Assembly: GCA_910592345.1 (NCBI GenBank)
Contig: CAJVPI010000233.1
Location: forward strand, 1-40,607
Direction of reading: 5' to 3'
DNA from: Paraglomus brasilianum
Lineage: Eukaryota
Length of the DNA: 40,607 bases
Both the position numbers and the translations under genes were made by a program. The notes beneath the pieces are model-generated. The model saw only the letters and a list, made by a program, of their open reading frames with translations, had not been told where the DNA came from and made no database searches. Positions 1 to 12,775 of this stretch are shown here, piece by piece. Every line of letters begins with the position of its first letter. The first letter of the stretch is position 1.

Positions 1-1118
1 CCCCCGGTCGGCGAACACACCTACACGAAAAGATAAATCGCTCTCCCAAAACCCCAATTTAATTCCCGACCGTAACACTATGTTGTTTGCACTTTGGCCA
101 TTAAAAAAAAGTTATGTACCTTGTCCAGGAGATTTACACGAAACGTGTGGTTGAAGAATAATGTGCATTTGAAAATTTATTTTTAAAAAATTGCTATGCA
201 AAATTTCTAAATTTTTGCAAATTATGTTTATTGAAGATATGATGGGGTACCATATTATTAGACTTACTTTATTGTGAATCTGAAGAGTCAAAAATCTCAA
301 TAAACAAATAAGCCATTGAAGAGTAATGGCCATTTGAAGACACACACTCACATTCCTTAAACTCATACATCCTCTCCCACTTTCTTCTTTGAACTCTTAC
401 ATTGCTTACACTTTTTTGTCTATCTTGAGAGCTTTATTTCTTACTATAGTTCACATTCATATTCTACAATTATCCTCTTCACCGAGAGTGTCTCTTCATA
501 GTAATAGTGCTGATTTCTCTAAAGTAACTAAGTATAGTGAGTCTGGTCTGACTTCAGAGTTAGTGAAATGAAACTTTTTTAATAAGAATATCTACAATAA
601 ATGTTAACTAACAATCTTCAATGTTAAATGTATGGGTATTATTATAACGTTTATTATCTCCATCACAATTGATCGGTATAAAATCTATGTAATTAGGATC
701 GACAAACGATCGGCAGAAAGACAAGACGATATTGACCGACTCATGTTAACTTACGGCGTTGTAATTTTGCGTACTAATAGCTATGATTCCGAGGTTTCTG
801 AAGAACTATATATATGTTGGGGGTGTTTACTTAGTAGCTTCAGGTGATATAAAGCAATCTTGTTAGTAAGTCCAAATTACAGGAAAATTTTCCTGTAATA
901 CAGTTCAAGGGATAATTGTTTACGAATCAAAAAGCAGTAAAGTTCTTACAATTGTAAATTTGTTTAGCTACGTGTACAAGCAGTGCCATAAAATTAATGG
1001 CTTTCAATACCAGGCTTTAATTCCATTTTGGAACGAAAAAGAAAATTAGTGTGGTCGAGGCTTGAAAATATTACGCGCCCAAGTCCACAAATTATTAAGC
1101 CTGCGGAAAGAATATTTA

Positions 1119-1848
1119 CGTGGGGTGCTGAAAAGTTTTGCGTGTGGCTCTCTAACTCGAGATTGTAAGAGTCTAATTAAAAATGGGAGTAATAATCAAA
1201 TACACATGCTTCATGTAACAAATAAAAAAAAAAGTAGACGAGAATTCATTATCTCATTGTCGAGAACCCTTTCTTTTTGTAAAACACTGGAAACAAATAA
1301 GCCGTGAAAACCAACGATACTTTATTTTCGCTTCTTCGGAAAATGGCAAAAATGCGACTCAAATCCACGAAGAGTTGATGAATGTAGAAGGGAAACAAGC
1401 ATTGTCTGTCAGCACAATTAGACGCTATTCAAGGCCGGGGAAGAAAAAATTAAAGACAAGAGTCGTTCTGGACGTCCTCGCAAAGCAGTGACGTCAGAAA
1501 AAATTGCCAAGGTAGAGGATTTTGTTAGCAATAATCTACCAAAGAATTACCTACATTTTGCACGATGAGCTGGAAAACTCGCTCGTGACGTCATGCTTTA
1601 TCACGACAATGCTGCATCACACAAGGTAACGATCGTAACGGAGTATCTTCTTAGCGAACAAGTGGAACTTCTTCCTCACCCGCCATAAAGTCTATCCCAA
1701 TAGAACTCTTTCCAGAGTAGGCGAAATCGGCTAGAACGCTGTATACAGCTTAATGGAGAATACTTCGAATGAATAAAATAGTTGTATCAATAATTATTAT
1801 AAAATTTCTGAAAAGCTCTATGCGCAAAACTTTCCAGCACCCCCACCG
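1119..1848 (+). mobile_element. Tc1/mariner (mariner-type) DNA transposon, internally deleted, ~730 bp
   Basis: Imperfect TIRs: left CGTGGGGTGCTGAAAAGTTTTGCG (from 1119), right CGCAAAACTTTCCAGCACCCCCACCG (ending 1848). Flanked by TA at 1117-1118 and 1849-1850. Contains transposase remnants. Confidence 0.9.
1290..1772 (+). pseudogene. mariner transposase remnant
   Basis: Broken frames read KNATQIHEELMNVEGKQALSVSTIRR / FKAGEEKIKDKSRSGRPRKAVT (HTH with GRPR linker), MLYHDNAASH...LLPHPP*S (HDNARPH and PHPPYSPDL motifs) and C-terminal RLERCIQLNGEYFE*. The central catalytic region is mostly deleted. Confidence 0.9.
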
Positions 1849-4314
1849 TATTGTATAATTACAATAGCTAAATCTCGACAGTGTCTTGTTGTCACTAGCA
1901 ACTTGCGTTTACATAAATGACTCCCAAGAACAAATTTATTCATTCGTTGTCGTACTTCTGCTGACCTGCAGTTGGCAAAATATTACAAGTTGGATTTAAA
2001 GTACAAAAGTGGTACTGCTCCCGTTCAAGTAGCAAATCTCTTTTTCAATATTCGATAATATCATAATAATTACACTAAACCTTTGATATTCGTCCGTGTT
2101 TTTCATACTTGCAATATTTGCACTAAAAAAGAATAGAGATTTCATTGTTAAAGAGAAAGTGATAATAGAAATAATTACAACAATATACAAGTTGGAGGCA
2201 GAAATAATTAGTAGATTTTCTTAAAGTTGACGCTGCAACGCTACGAGAATGTTATCATGACTACAGGTATTTAAGATTTATAGCTTATTCCACATAAAGT
2301 TTCGTATTTGACTTGAGACAGGGCGTGAGCAAATCAATTATTAATTACCGAAATTATAGATATAAAACACCTGGGATCGTTTTGATCGAACAAAGTTATT
2401 TGCTGTAATGCTGATGGACGGAATATTATGGTGACAGGATATTAATATGTCGGATTCAAGCGAATTAATCTTACTGGTGAGCTTGCTAGATTGGCTATCC
2501 AAGCTTCCCACTTTGGTGTAGGATTGTATAAATCGTGTGGTGGATGGAGTAAAATTTTCAGTTTGTTGAGTAGGTGGCTCTCTATTTCGAGACTATTTTT
2601 AATTGCAGTTGTTGAAAAAATCAGTGGAACTCAGTAGTTTGGCAGAACTAAAAACAAAGATAATAATATGGGGATGTGAAGTTTGAACCCTGAATTGACG
2701 AACGACTAAAAGAGAAAGAAGAGTTGGAGGAATTTTTAAAGGCGCTAATTATGACTTTGAATACGCAACCTCGTTTTACCGAGCAAATTGTTTCCACAGA
2801 TTTGCTTTACTCATGTGGACAGTAAAAAACCTAATAGATAATATCAATGCATATTACAAAGGATTAGATACGGGGGTAAATAGAAAAGGCGCGGGAGAAT
2901 CGAATTTATAAAAACACACCTTTCTTTATATTGCCGAGTATCTAATCTTGGTTTAAAGCTAATTATCAGAGTCACTGGCATTTCTAGAACCACCATCTTT
3001 TTCTTTCCGAACCATACTTTTACTAATTAAGCACAAGTATAATTGATAATGCAGAGAAAGCGTCTAAATTAAGCGTCGTTGAAAGCCTTTTTCATGCCAA
3101 TTCTCAGGGCCGTATATAACTCTACAGTCTCAACATAAAGCTCTAGCATAGTAGCAACTATGATTAGTAATACTTAGAGAAATAATCGTAAAAAATAAAT
3201 GGGCTACACACGCATCTCACCTTGTTACAAAAATACACAAATATAGAGATGTTGGTGTTCCGAAGCAACTTGATTATTTCTGTAGAAGGTTATCATTCGT
3301 GTTGCAATTTATTACTCGCCAAGTTGTAGAGTCTCAATGCAGCAATGTACAAGAACATAACGCCAAGAGTAGCTTTCGCTGTTGCGTTAGTGGTAAAAAG
3401 TTTTTGTTTATTTATTAAATTTGTTGCCATTTGTTGTCAGAGTAATTTCCGAGTAAACATATCTGTGAATGAAAATAAAGAAAGGGTTGATAGGGATAAT
3501 TGCTATCGTCATATATTATGTAACAAACTATCAAGTTTGTCTATTGCAAGAACCAATTACAAACTTGTGCAAGCCCCCGGGTCTACATGCTAATGTTCAC
3601 TTTGTTCAAAATAAATCCAAAAGCTCCTCTTCGACATGACTATGGGACTGCTAAATGAGTTCAACTGGCGGACAATATCTGTTAAATGAACTAACCTTTG
3701 AATAATATCCAACGCGGGTTAAAGAACGACGGAACGTAGAACGAATGTCCATTTGTAAATATGGAATTGATAGCCGCATGGGGGGGCTATGCTTGTTTCA
3801 AATGGACAATAGATGGGGAATTTAAATAAAAAGTATATTCGGGTAAAAACAATAAAGCCTTGAAGAACGAAATGCTCTTGAATATTGTTATTTTGTTAAG
3901 AAATGTTTGGAGATATGTTCTCGGGACTCTTTGTCTCGACGTGACACTTGTAAAGAAAAGTGTAGGCAAGTGTAGGTTGGCAAAATCATAAAGATATATG
4001 GTGAAGGCTATTCCGAACAGTCCCTGAAATAAGGATAAACAAAAGTATAATGTCTTTTATACTGATAGTAATTTAGTTGCTCTGGCGTAATAGTTTAAGT
4101 TGTTCAATTGTATTATAATAATATTTTATATTGAGGAATACTGTAAAATAACAGTAATCGGCTTGAGGAGGAAAAAAAAAAGGCTTGCAATAACCATTCG
4201 ACAAAGTATTCTATGATTGAAAAGCCCGGGTGTAACTTTCCGTACTTTGCAAGACCAATAACTATAAACTCGACTTTTGCATCATATTGTAGATCCACCA
4301 AGATGTAGGCTGTG

Positions 4315-4358
<44 letters not shown>

Positions 4359-5984
4359 GAGGGCACATCTTTCACAAAAACAAACCAACTGAATTGTCGG
4401 TTATTCCGAAAGAGAAAAGGGTTGAAGAAAGAACCCAGTTTCGTTGGCTAAACGACAAATTACAGGTAGATAAACGATGATCGTCAAATATCCGCACATG
4501 AAAAGAAAAAAAAAAAAACTTTTAAGATCAAATCAAAGAGTCGGGAGGGGGAAAAATAATAAAAGGAAAGGGAAAAACCCGATCTTATCTATAATTTTTG
4601 AATACCGATTATCTTGTGTCTAAAAAAATTGTGATATTTACCTTCTGTTTTGTCACTAATAAATTAAGGGATTCGGATTTGGCGATGGAGAACAATATTA
4701 AGGCATGGTGATCTGTGATGCTTACACCCATGTTATATCTCACATATGGTATAATAATAATAATAATAACGCTATTGGTAAATGTTGTACAAATGAGTAA
4801 GGTTGATCATATGATAATGTAAAATTTAATCGGGAAAGATAATGACGCGTTTATTAACTAGCCACGATTGGCATGCTCTAAGTCACAATGGCTGTATGCA
4901 TATATTAAAATATACGCGAAAGACTGCTTTTATTTAGAGAAAAGGGGGTTTTTTTCGCGTTATCACGGAGAAGACCGTTGGGTCTAAGCTTACTCGATAA
5001 GGGAATAATAGTAAGGTTTCAACGCTAGCCATTTTTGTCTTGGAAAAACCTATTTATCGATACCTTGATCCAACTTGCATATGGTATGTGTGTCGAGTGC
5101 ATAGTGATAGTGATACCTGCTTTAAAAGCTTTGTCGTTTGCATTCAACATGTGCGTTAAATATTTTTGCCTATCTCTTTATCGCCCAATCATTGCTAATT
5201 AGCTGCGATAAATATATGTGGTAGTCTCACTCTGATACACTAATAACATATGTAAAAGTCTCAATATGATACTCTGATACACTAATAATACCATTACTAA
5301 AGACTAGGCTCTAACATCATGTCATATTAATGTTAATATCTTTGTAATGACCCGAGCATACTGCGTCAACTGCATTCGCCAATCACCGTATAGATGACAT
5401 ATTTATGCAACTAGCGTAAAATTTCGGTCTAGCCAACTAGTCAGTGATCAGGTTTTGATTTCATAGTGACTAGTTATTTTTGGATAAACAACTCAGCCAA
5501 GAAAAAATACCTGAACAATCACTATGAACACTTTTGGTCTGTACATCGATGAAATGACCATTTCAGACAATACCTATTCGTATTCAGCCACTTACCATCC
5601 TCGTCGTTCAATGACCAACAGTTGAAATAGTTAATGATCATCAAGAGCACAATATCAACCCCATAAGTGACACAAAGAAGTAAATACATCCGATGGGTAC
5701 ATACACATACAGAGCGTACGTTAGACTAATAAACCCTCATGTGTAGTCTGCTGCTCATCAAAGCACAGACTGGTTGCTTGGCCAATCGGTTGGCTACACA
5801 ATGACGAGTACCGTCCGCACCGTCTTCATACTATATACTCTCTTGCATATTATTTCATTAGTACGTCTGATAGTCAACCGGGTAGCACAATTTATTTATT
5901 GTAAACATTTTGGGAAAATAGCTGAAATAATACGACGCTGGAACTACGCCATACTGCAAATGAGCGGTAATATGCATGGAAGGG

Positions 5985-6345
5985 ATGATGGATGTGCGAA
6001 TGGAATCGAATGGAATGGAATGGAGTAGATGTGCGAATGGAGTGATGTGATGATGGATGTGCGAATGGAGTGGATGAATGTGTACAAATGTGAATGAGAT
6101 ATTAATAGTATACTTGTAATATAATTTAGCAGTGTTAGCCGGAGTGTAGTGACGGTAGTAATGGAATGGCAATAGTAACAGTAGCAATAGTATACAGTAG
6201 CAATAGTATACAGTAGCAATAGTAATAGTATACAGTAACAGTAACAGGAGCAATAGCAACAGGCAGTAGCAATAGTATACCGTAACAGTAATGTCACTAA
6301 CTATATCTGTGGTAATAATAGTAATAGGTGATAATAGTAATAATA
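5985..6345. repeat. low-complexity/minisatellite tract: (TGGAA)/(GATGTGCGAATGGA)-like units, then (CAGTAGCAATAGTATA)n and (TAA/TAG)n
   Basis: Tandem units are directly visible. They explain the spurious Leu/Tyr/Cys-rich minus-strand ORFs here. Confidence 0.8.
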
Positions 6346-6861
6346 ATGGCTCTTTACTACGTAACTAAATAAGACAAATAATAAAAGGACCTAACAATAC
6401 AACATCTTTTCATTATCGACAAGTGTTTACTGTTAGGATCATCATAGTAGTAAGAGTAAACAATATTTAGATTTGATCGCTTACCAAAAATGTAACATCT
6501 CCTGTTACAGATTGACCTTGTTACACCGAGAACGCGACATACAATAACCAAGTCTGTACACAGTTGTACTAATATATCATTATGTATTATTCTTTTTTGT
6601 ATCGACATTCTCAAAATCTATTCTTATAAAAACTCCCTGCTCAGTCCCGTCATCTAACCTCAACCATCACATTTTATGGTCACAGAGTATAAACAACTCT
6701 AATCTAATCGGATTAGTTGATCTAATACGATTCTAATATAAATAATTTAATATCGTATTTACTATAATCTAAATATATCCACCTTCCACCCCCCCCATCC
6801 CCCAAAACCTACCCACTATTTATACTCACCCTAATCACCGAAATTTTAATTTTAATCACCA

Positions 6862-8714
6862 ATGTTTCCAAAGGCGCCGTTGGGTTTGATTATGCCAAAT
6901 AACGACAAACTACTTCCGCTGGCGGATGAGGGTTATGACGACCACGACCAATCACTACCATACAAACGCGTATCACTGAATGGTTCTTCCAACAAACACA
7001 ACTCGCATATCCTAGAATCCCACAACATCAACAACAACAACAACCCTCCCGCCAACCATGATAACAAACACGAATCACAAACCACTCACGACATATGTGC
7101 GGATTTCGCAAAAATCTATGCTGCCTTTTATGCCGCTCATAATAACTCCATTCTCAATCCTCGAGAAGAATACGATGTTGTCATTCGTGTAGGACAAGGC
7201 GAGAATCGCGAAGAATTCTGGTCACATTCAAAAGTATTAAAAAAAAGCGGCTTCTTTGCTGCTGCATTGAGTAGCCGGTGGGCTAAAAAAACTGAAGGTG
7301 GTCTATACGTGGTAGAACTCGAAAGAGTTGAACCGGATATTTTTGAAATCATTCTAAAGTAAGTTTACAAATCTCAACTATCTCCTAATTACTATTTGTA
7401 TATTAATATACTATACTAACGGATCATTCAAATAAAAGATATATTCATATATCTACGCTCGACTTTCAAAAATTCTCCCCATCTTTCCTTCTCTCTCTCC
7501 TCATCTCGTCGGACGAACTCTCGCTTGACGACCTCACATCACAAATCCAAACCCACTTTCTGACGACTGCACATAATTGGACCTTATCCAACCTAGTTCA
7601 TCTACTTAACGCTCTTTACCATTACGAAGGAGGATTTTCGCTATTGAGAACATTTATAATAGACACGGTAACAAAGAACCCCAGGTTATTGTTTGGGTCG
7701 GAGGAATTTGGACAATTGCAAGAAGAAACCGTCATGGATCTGGTAGTGAAAAGAACACACGAATTGGGTATGGGACTGGTCTGGGATTGCTTGATTGCTT
7801 GGGCCAGTAATGGAACCCTGACTTTTGGCGAGGAGAATGAGAACGACGGTGATAATATTAATAATGATAATAACAATAGCAGTAATAATAATAATAATAA
7901 CACTAATAGCAATAACGGTGACTGCGAAAGAGTAAAAGAAAAGCTTGGCGCATTGTTGGAAGAAATCGTATTCTCTTCGCTATCCCGAAACGTATACAGT
8001 CAAAAAGTCATTCCATGCGCAAAACTAATCCCAGACTATATCTCCAACGAAGTCCTAGACTATTACCTACGACGTAGAAAGGCCGATTCTATACCGATCC
8101 AACCCAAAGTCACCCTCCGCGACTCGACCATAATCAACCACTTTCACGCATCGATAATTTCCAAATGGATCGAAGCGGGCAACGCTCGGCTATCCCGCAA
8201 ACCATCATCCCGGATCAAACGGCTATCTCAACAAATATTTCATCCTCGATCATCGTACCGATTCAATCTTATCTTTCGCAAGAGCCGATATGGATTTGTG
8301 TCTGAAGATTACAGGAGTCAATGCTCGGGGGTAACACCGATGGTTGTTGTGGCCAAAGTCAAAAACTCTTACAAACTCGTGGGCGGATATGCACCACTCG
8401 GCTTGAACACTGCTGGTGCCAAGAAGGAGATTAGAGACGGTTGGGAAAAGAGTTTTATATTCAGTTTTTCGGAAACTGGTCAGGAAGTCAGGCTAAGAGA
8501 CTGCGCAGTCATGAGTAGGATGGCTGAGGAGAGAGAAGGAGGGTATATTCCATTTTCGTGGTTTGGTCCTCGGTTTGGTAGTGACTTGTTTATTAATTTG
8601 GAGACGGATCGATGTGTGTGTCGGCAAGCATATTACGAAAATCCTGTGATTGATGAGAGTAATTTTGCTATCGATGATTGTGAAATATTTGAAGTAGTCA
8701 AAGCCGATGATTGA
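6862..8714 (+). CDS. BTB/POZ-BACK-TLDc domain protein (~590 aa, 2 exons: 6862-7358, 7439-8714)
   Basis: YDVVIRVGQGENREEFWSHSKVLKKSGFFAAALSSRW (BTB). GT-AG intron 7359-7438 restores ILK|YIH...SDELSLDDL. BACK-like LVWDCLIAWA. TLDc motifs FNLIFRKSRYGF, GGYAPLG, SFIFSF, GPRFGSDL, EIFEV. This family is known to be expanded in AM fungi. Confidence 0.92.
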
Positions 8715-11700
8715 ATAATACTAATAATTCTAATGAAACATGGCTAAATAATTTTCCTATTTACAAAACAAACAAAAAGATGACAATCCACAAACAAGAA
8801 TCTTAAAAGTAACGCTATAATAATCAAAACTAGTCAGCCGTTCAACTGATTAACCAATGTAAAGAAAGTTTGTTGCTTTGTTTTTTTTTTCCATTCCGAT
8901 AATATTTGTAATTAATTTCCACCACAAACCCTTGTATGATAATCGAAAAAAAATAAAACTTGATTCCAAGAAAAATATATAGTCTTGCTTTCATGTGAGA
9001 TGTTAATAATACGATATGCAAGGCTAGATAGACTAAGTGTGTCCGCCTCCCCCCCGAGATACTTGTTTGTTACACTTATATACTATGTATCAATACAGTT
9101 GCGTTGTTACCCCGATCCACTAATTCCCTCCCCTCTCCAACTACCATAACCCCGATTCGCTTATCGTTATCCGCCGTTCCGTTGGTATTGTTCTCTGTCT
9201 CACCTCCTCATTACTCCATTTTGCCTAGCGGCGGATAAACGATCAGCTGGTCAGATCGCACAATGAACAATATTAACACCTACAGTGATACCTAGATTAA
9301 CCTAAATTGATGCATGACAAGGTAACCCAGCTGATACATGTGCTATTCATGGTAATTACCATCACCCCCGTTTTGTCCATGACATCCTGATTGGAAAGTG
9401 TCGTTACGGTGGTACGAAAACGAAGAGCAGGAATGGTGGAAAAGATTATATAACAACGAACAAAGAGAAATCTATTCTTTGCATAAGACTCTTTTTCTTT
9501 TTCTTTTTTTAAATTACATGCATATTAATATTAATATGTATATTAATTCCCTTGATTAGAAAATGTTACTGTACAGACCATATTATATCAGCGGTTGTTC
9601 CGAGACATTTGAATTGCGAATGTAAAAGGAAAGTACATTAGAATAATAATAAAAAAAATTTTTTTTTATGGGTAACAGTGGCTTCTACAGGCACCTTAAC
9701 AGGTACCGCCACAAGAACATTCAGGTTTAGGTGTCATAGTAATTCCCCAATTGAGTCGCAAACTTGTTGATTGTTCAACGAGTCTGTTATAAGAATCGAC
9801 AAAAGAATAAGAGGGAGCAATTTCCCACCTGAACCAGTTTTACTCTTATTGTAAAAATTTATACAGCAAATCAATCTCGACAACATGCATACACAAGTCG
9901 CGATACAAGTGATATAAGAAATGCCATACAAGAACCAACAAAACCTTAGTCTTTTTCTTCAACAGACATACAATCTTGTAATGAATCGAACATGCAAACC
10001 GATGGGACAGTTTAAACAAGACTAAACCTTTGTAAAATAAGCATTTTTACTTTCAATGAGTTTGGCAAGAAGACGAATTCACAATCTCGAAAGAAAAGCA
10101 CATATTGACTTGCAATATACGCCAATTGTTTGCAAATATCCTCAGCTTGAAAAAGTTCTTGTGATGGCGAATACGCAAGTCAGAAGGCCAAGACGGTTAT
10201 ACGTAAAACTTTAATGCAAATGACCCGCAAGATTTGAAAAAAACGAGTTACTATATTCGTAAGCAGCAAGTGCCAAAAAGCTTGATATGCAATATTATTA
10301 TCCACGAAACTAGTTGACGAGAGACTTGTTCTTTCTAATATAATACTTACACCACCAAATACAACGCAATGCCAAACTTGTTGTTGGAGTTTTAAGGTAT
10401 GATTTGCTTTTCTTTTACTCAGTTTGCTTGGTCATTGTTGCCCAAAGCTCACTATCCTGCGAAGATCTCACTAAAGCATATGATGCAGGGGCTATTTACG
10501 GAAAAGTAATCCGTAATGGACAGTGAACAGTGAACATGTCTCGACCCAGGAGGAGTTTTGATTGAAAGCTGTTGTGTTACTGCTGAAGAACGAAAAATCG
10601 TAAGCGACGGAAAATCAGAAAGACCAAATTTCTTTCGAGAGACATAGTTGGGTGAATATGCAAGCAATAACTTGGTTAACCGAGTTTTGTGTATGCACTG
10701 TATAATTGTTTGATTAGCATTACAGAAACTTCTTATATCGTGAACGTTAATCTTTAATAACGGATTTTACTCGTATAAATATCATTTGACAACAAAAACA
10801 TGCAGAGTAAACAATACAAAGGCAATTTTGCAATCAACGTTTTGATGAGTAGAGACACAATTATGCATATGGCAAGGCGAATGATGCTGTTTCAATACAA
10901 ATTACGCATCAAAACTTCCAAGTTCCAACAGTTTGTGTGCTCTTTCACTAATTTCGACCTGCATTCGAATTCTTAAATTCCAATTATTTTCAGTTTTACC
11001 CGCAGCCTCGACACTGTATAACGTATTCCAATTTTAATTAAAAATATGAGGGGAAAAGCTTGCGTATAATATGATCAAATAAATATTAATTATAAATCGC
11101 AAATCGCAAAGGTTAACGTCGGGTTGCTAATATTTATAAATGACTTTCTCTTAATGTCAACATTTTATCTTTACCTGAAACTGAATTGACGTCTTATCAA
11201 TTTAGACAAATCTTTAGTATGTAATGGCTTACCAGAATATTCACCCTCCTTCTCGATATGTGATAAGGGTCTTACAAATAGTATTTTGTGCGTTTTTAGA
11301 ATCACCTCTCGAGCAAGACGTTCAAGATACTGTACCTCCAAGTGTCCATGTATCGGACGCTTGTCAGAATCACATCTTGGCGAGTTTCTTTTATTAATAC
11401 GCTTCTGGTGCTAAATCAGACATTGATGGTCGTAGTCTATTCAAAATATCTATCTCTAAAAGGTGGTTTACTGATGGAAATCAAATATATAATAATACCA
11501 AAAGAATGCGTCTGATTTTTGAGTAAATTTGCAAGTATAGAAGACTTCCGATGCAATAAGGGCTTGAGTTCACTGATCGAGAGACTAAGATAAAAAGTAA
11601 GGTACTAATTTCACAAGAATATGAACTAGTCATATGTAAATAATTTCTTAGCCGGATTTACCTATATAAAAATATTGTTAGTCGAGTTTATAGCGCTCGT

Positions 11701-12669
11701 CTTTGCATAATTATTCAATTAGTTTTAGATTTAGACACGTTAAAATCTTTTGCCTTCATTATAGACACAGAACCTAAATACTAAGTCTGCCGGATCGCCC
11801 TTATTATGTTTGTGGTGATCCTTCAGTTTAAGGCTGACACGTTGAGATCGAGGGAATTAATTTGCACGCAATTATACACCATAATCTGATCGGAGTTAAT
11901 ATTTCTAGCAGATGTGTCGCGATATTAGTGCTCCGAAATTTTTAGCTCGGCATGTGCTAAGAAACTGGTAAAAAGCCAGCTACCATGCTGTGGGATAAAA
12001 CAATGACTTTTTAGCTGAACGTCTAATAAACCGTCCACTGACTTTGAAATCACTAACATTATTTCGAAGTCCTTTACACCTACATACAATGGATAGAGTA
12101 TTCTCTACTAGTAGATGTACGAGAAATGGCGGTAAGGACTAATATCTGCATTCCTGACTCGAAAATAAAATTATGTATATTTAAGGATGTAGTGTAAATA
12201 ATATTCTGAACTTTACTTATTATTTTCACTTTCAGGAGCCGTTTCCCGGATATCAGGAAAATTTGCAATTATACCCTACCCAAGTTATACACTTTGACTA
12301 AATCATAGTTCTTATGAAATATTAATCAATATATTCCCCGCTTAATCCTAAGCAGAGTATGACTTGTGAGGGAAAAAAAGTTGCATGCCAGACCCGATTT
12401 TAATATACTATAAATATTAGCAAAACATTAAATCGCGATTGATTTTAGCACTCATACGATTTTACTATTTGATCCAATAACTACATCACAAGCTTCAAGT
12501 CTTTGGATAACCAAGTTATACTCTTGCATTGTGAACGCCAAATAACGGTTTGTCGAGAAGGGTAAACATATATGATATTGTTCATTACTTGTCGAAAACT
12601 AACGACTTTTAACGAATAGTAATTAAATACTCTTTGCCATATTAATATGAGAATTTATATAGTATTTAC

Positions 12670-12775
12670 GCCACACCAGACGAGCCTACGCCTACATTAA
12701 AACCTATCATTACTAATAAATTAGGAATAACAAGTCTTGTCGGGGAATAGGCTCCCGTGTCAGCCTAAGCTGGCT
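12670..12775 (-). ncRNA. putative Fanzor omegaRNA scaffold remnant
   Basis: Overlaps and follows the Fanzor stop codon. Hairpin CAGC-TTAG-GCTG, plus long-range complementarity ACAC..GAGCCTA (12760-12748) with TAGGCTC..GTGT (12688-12673). Position matches where TnpB/Fanzor omegaRNAs lie. Confidence 0.35.

Noticed and set aside
112..600. Stop-riddled minus-strand coding-like stretch (ECECVSSNGHYSSMAYLF), possibly a CxC/KDZ-type transposon relic
   Set aside because: Too degraded; no termini or catalytic motif recognisable.
2330..2830. Coding-like remnants (ERLKEKEELEEFLKALIMTL)
   Set aside because: Many stops and no identifiable family.
4113..4388. 91-aa ORF with poly-Phe
   Set aside because: Produced by the poly-A tract at ~4315-4344.
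5229..5288. 18-bp direct repeat ACTCTGATACACTAATAA with 42-bp period
   Set aside because: Only two copies; a local duplication, not a CRISPR-like array.
5858..6297. Overlapping 133-aa and 117-aa minus-strand ORFs
   Set aside because: Translations of simple repeats.
7137..7912. Antisense ORFs within the BTB-TLDc gene (likewise 15761-16147, 17144-17404, 34352-34768, 39048-39380 in other genes)
   Set aside because: Shadow ORFs opposite real exons.
9700..12300. Scattered short ORFs and exon-like pieces
   Set aside because: No consistent spliced model or recognisable domain.
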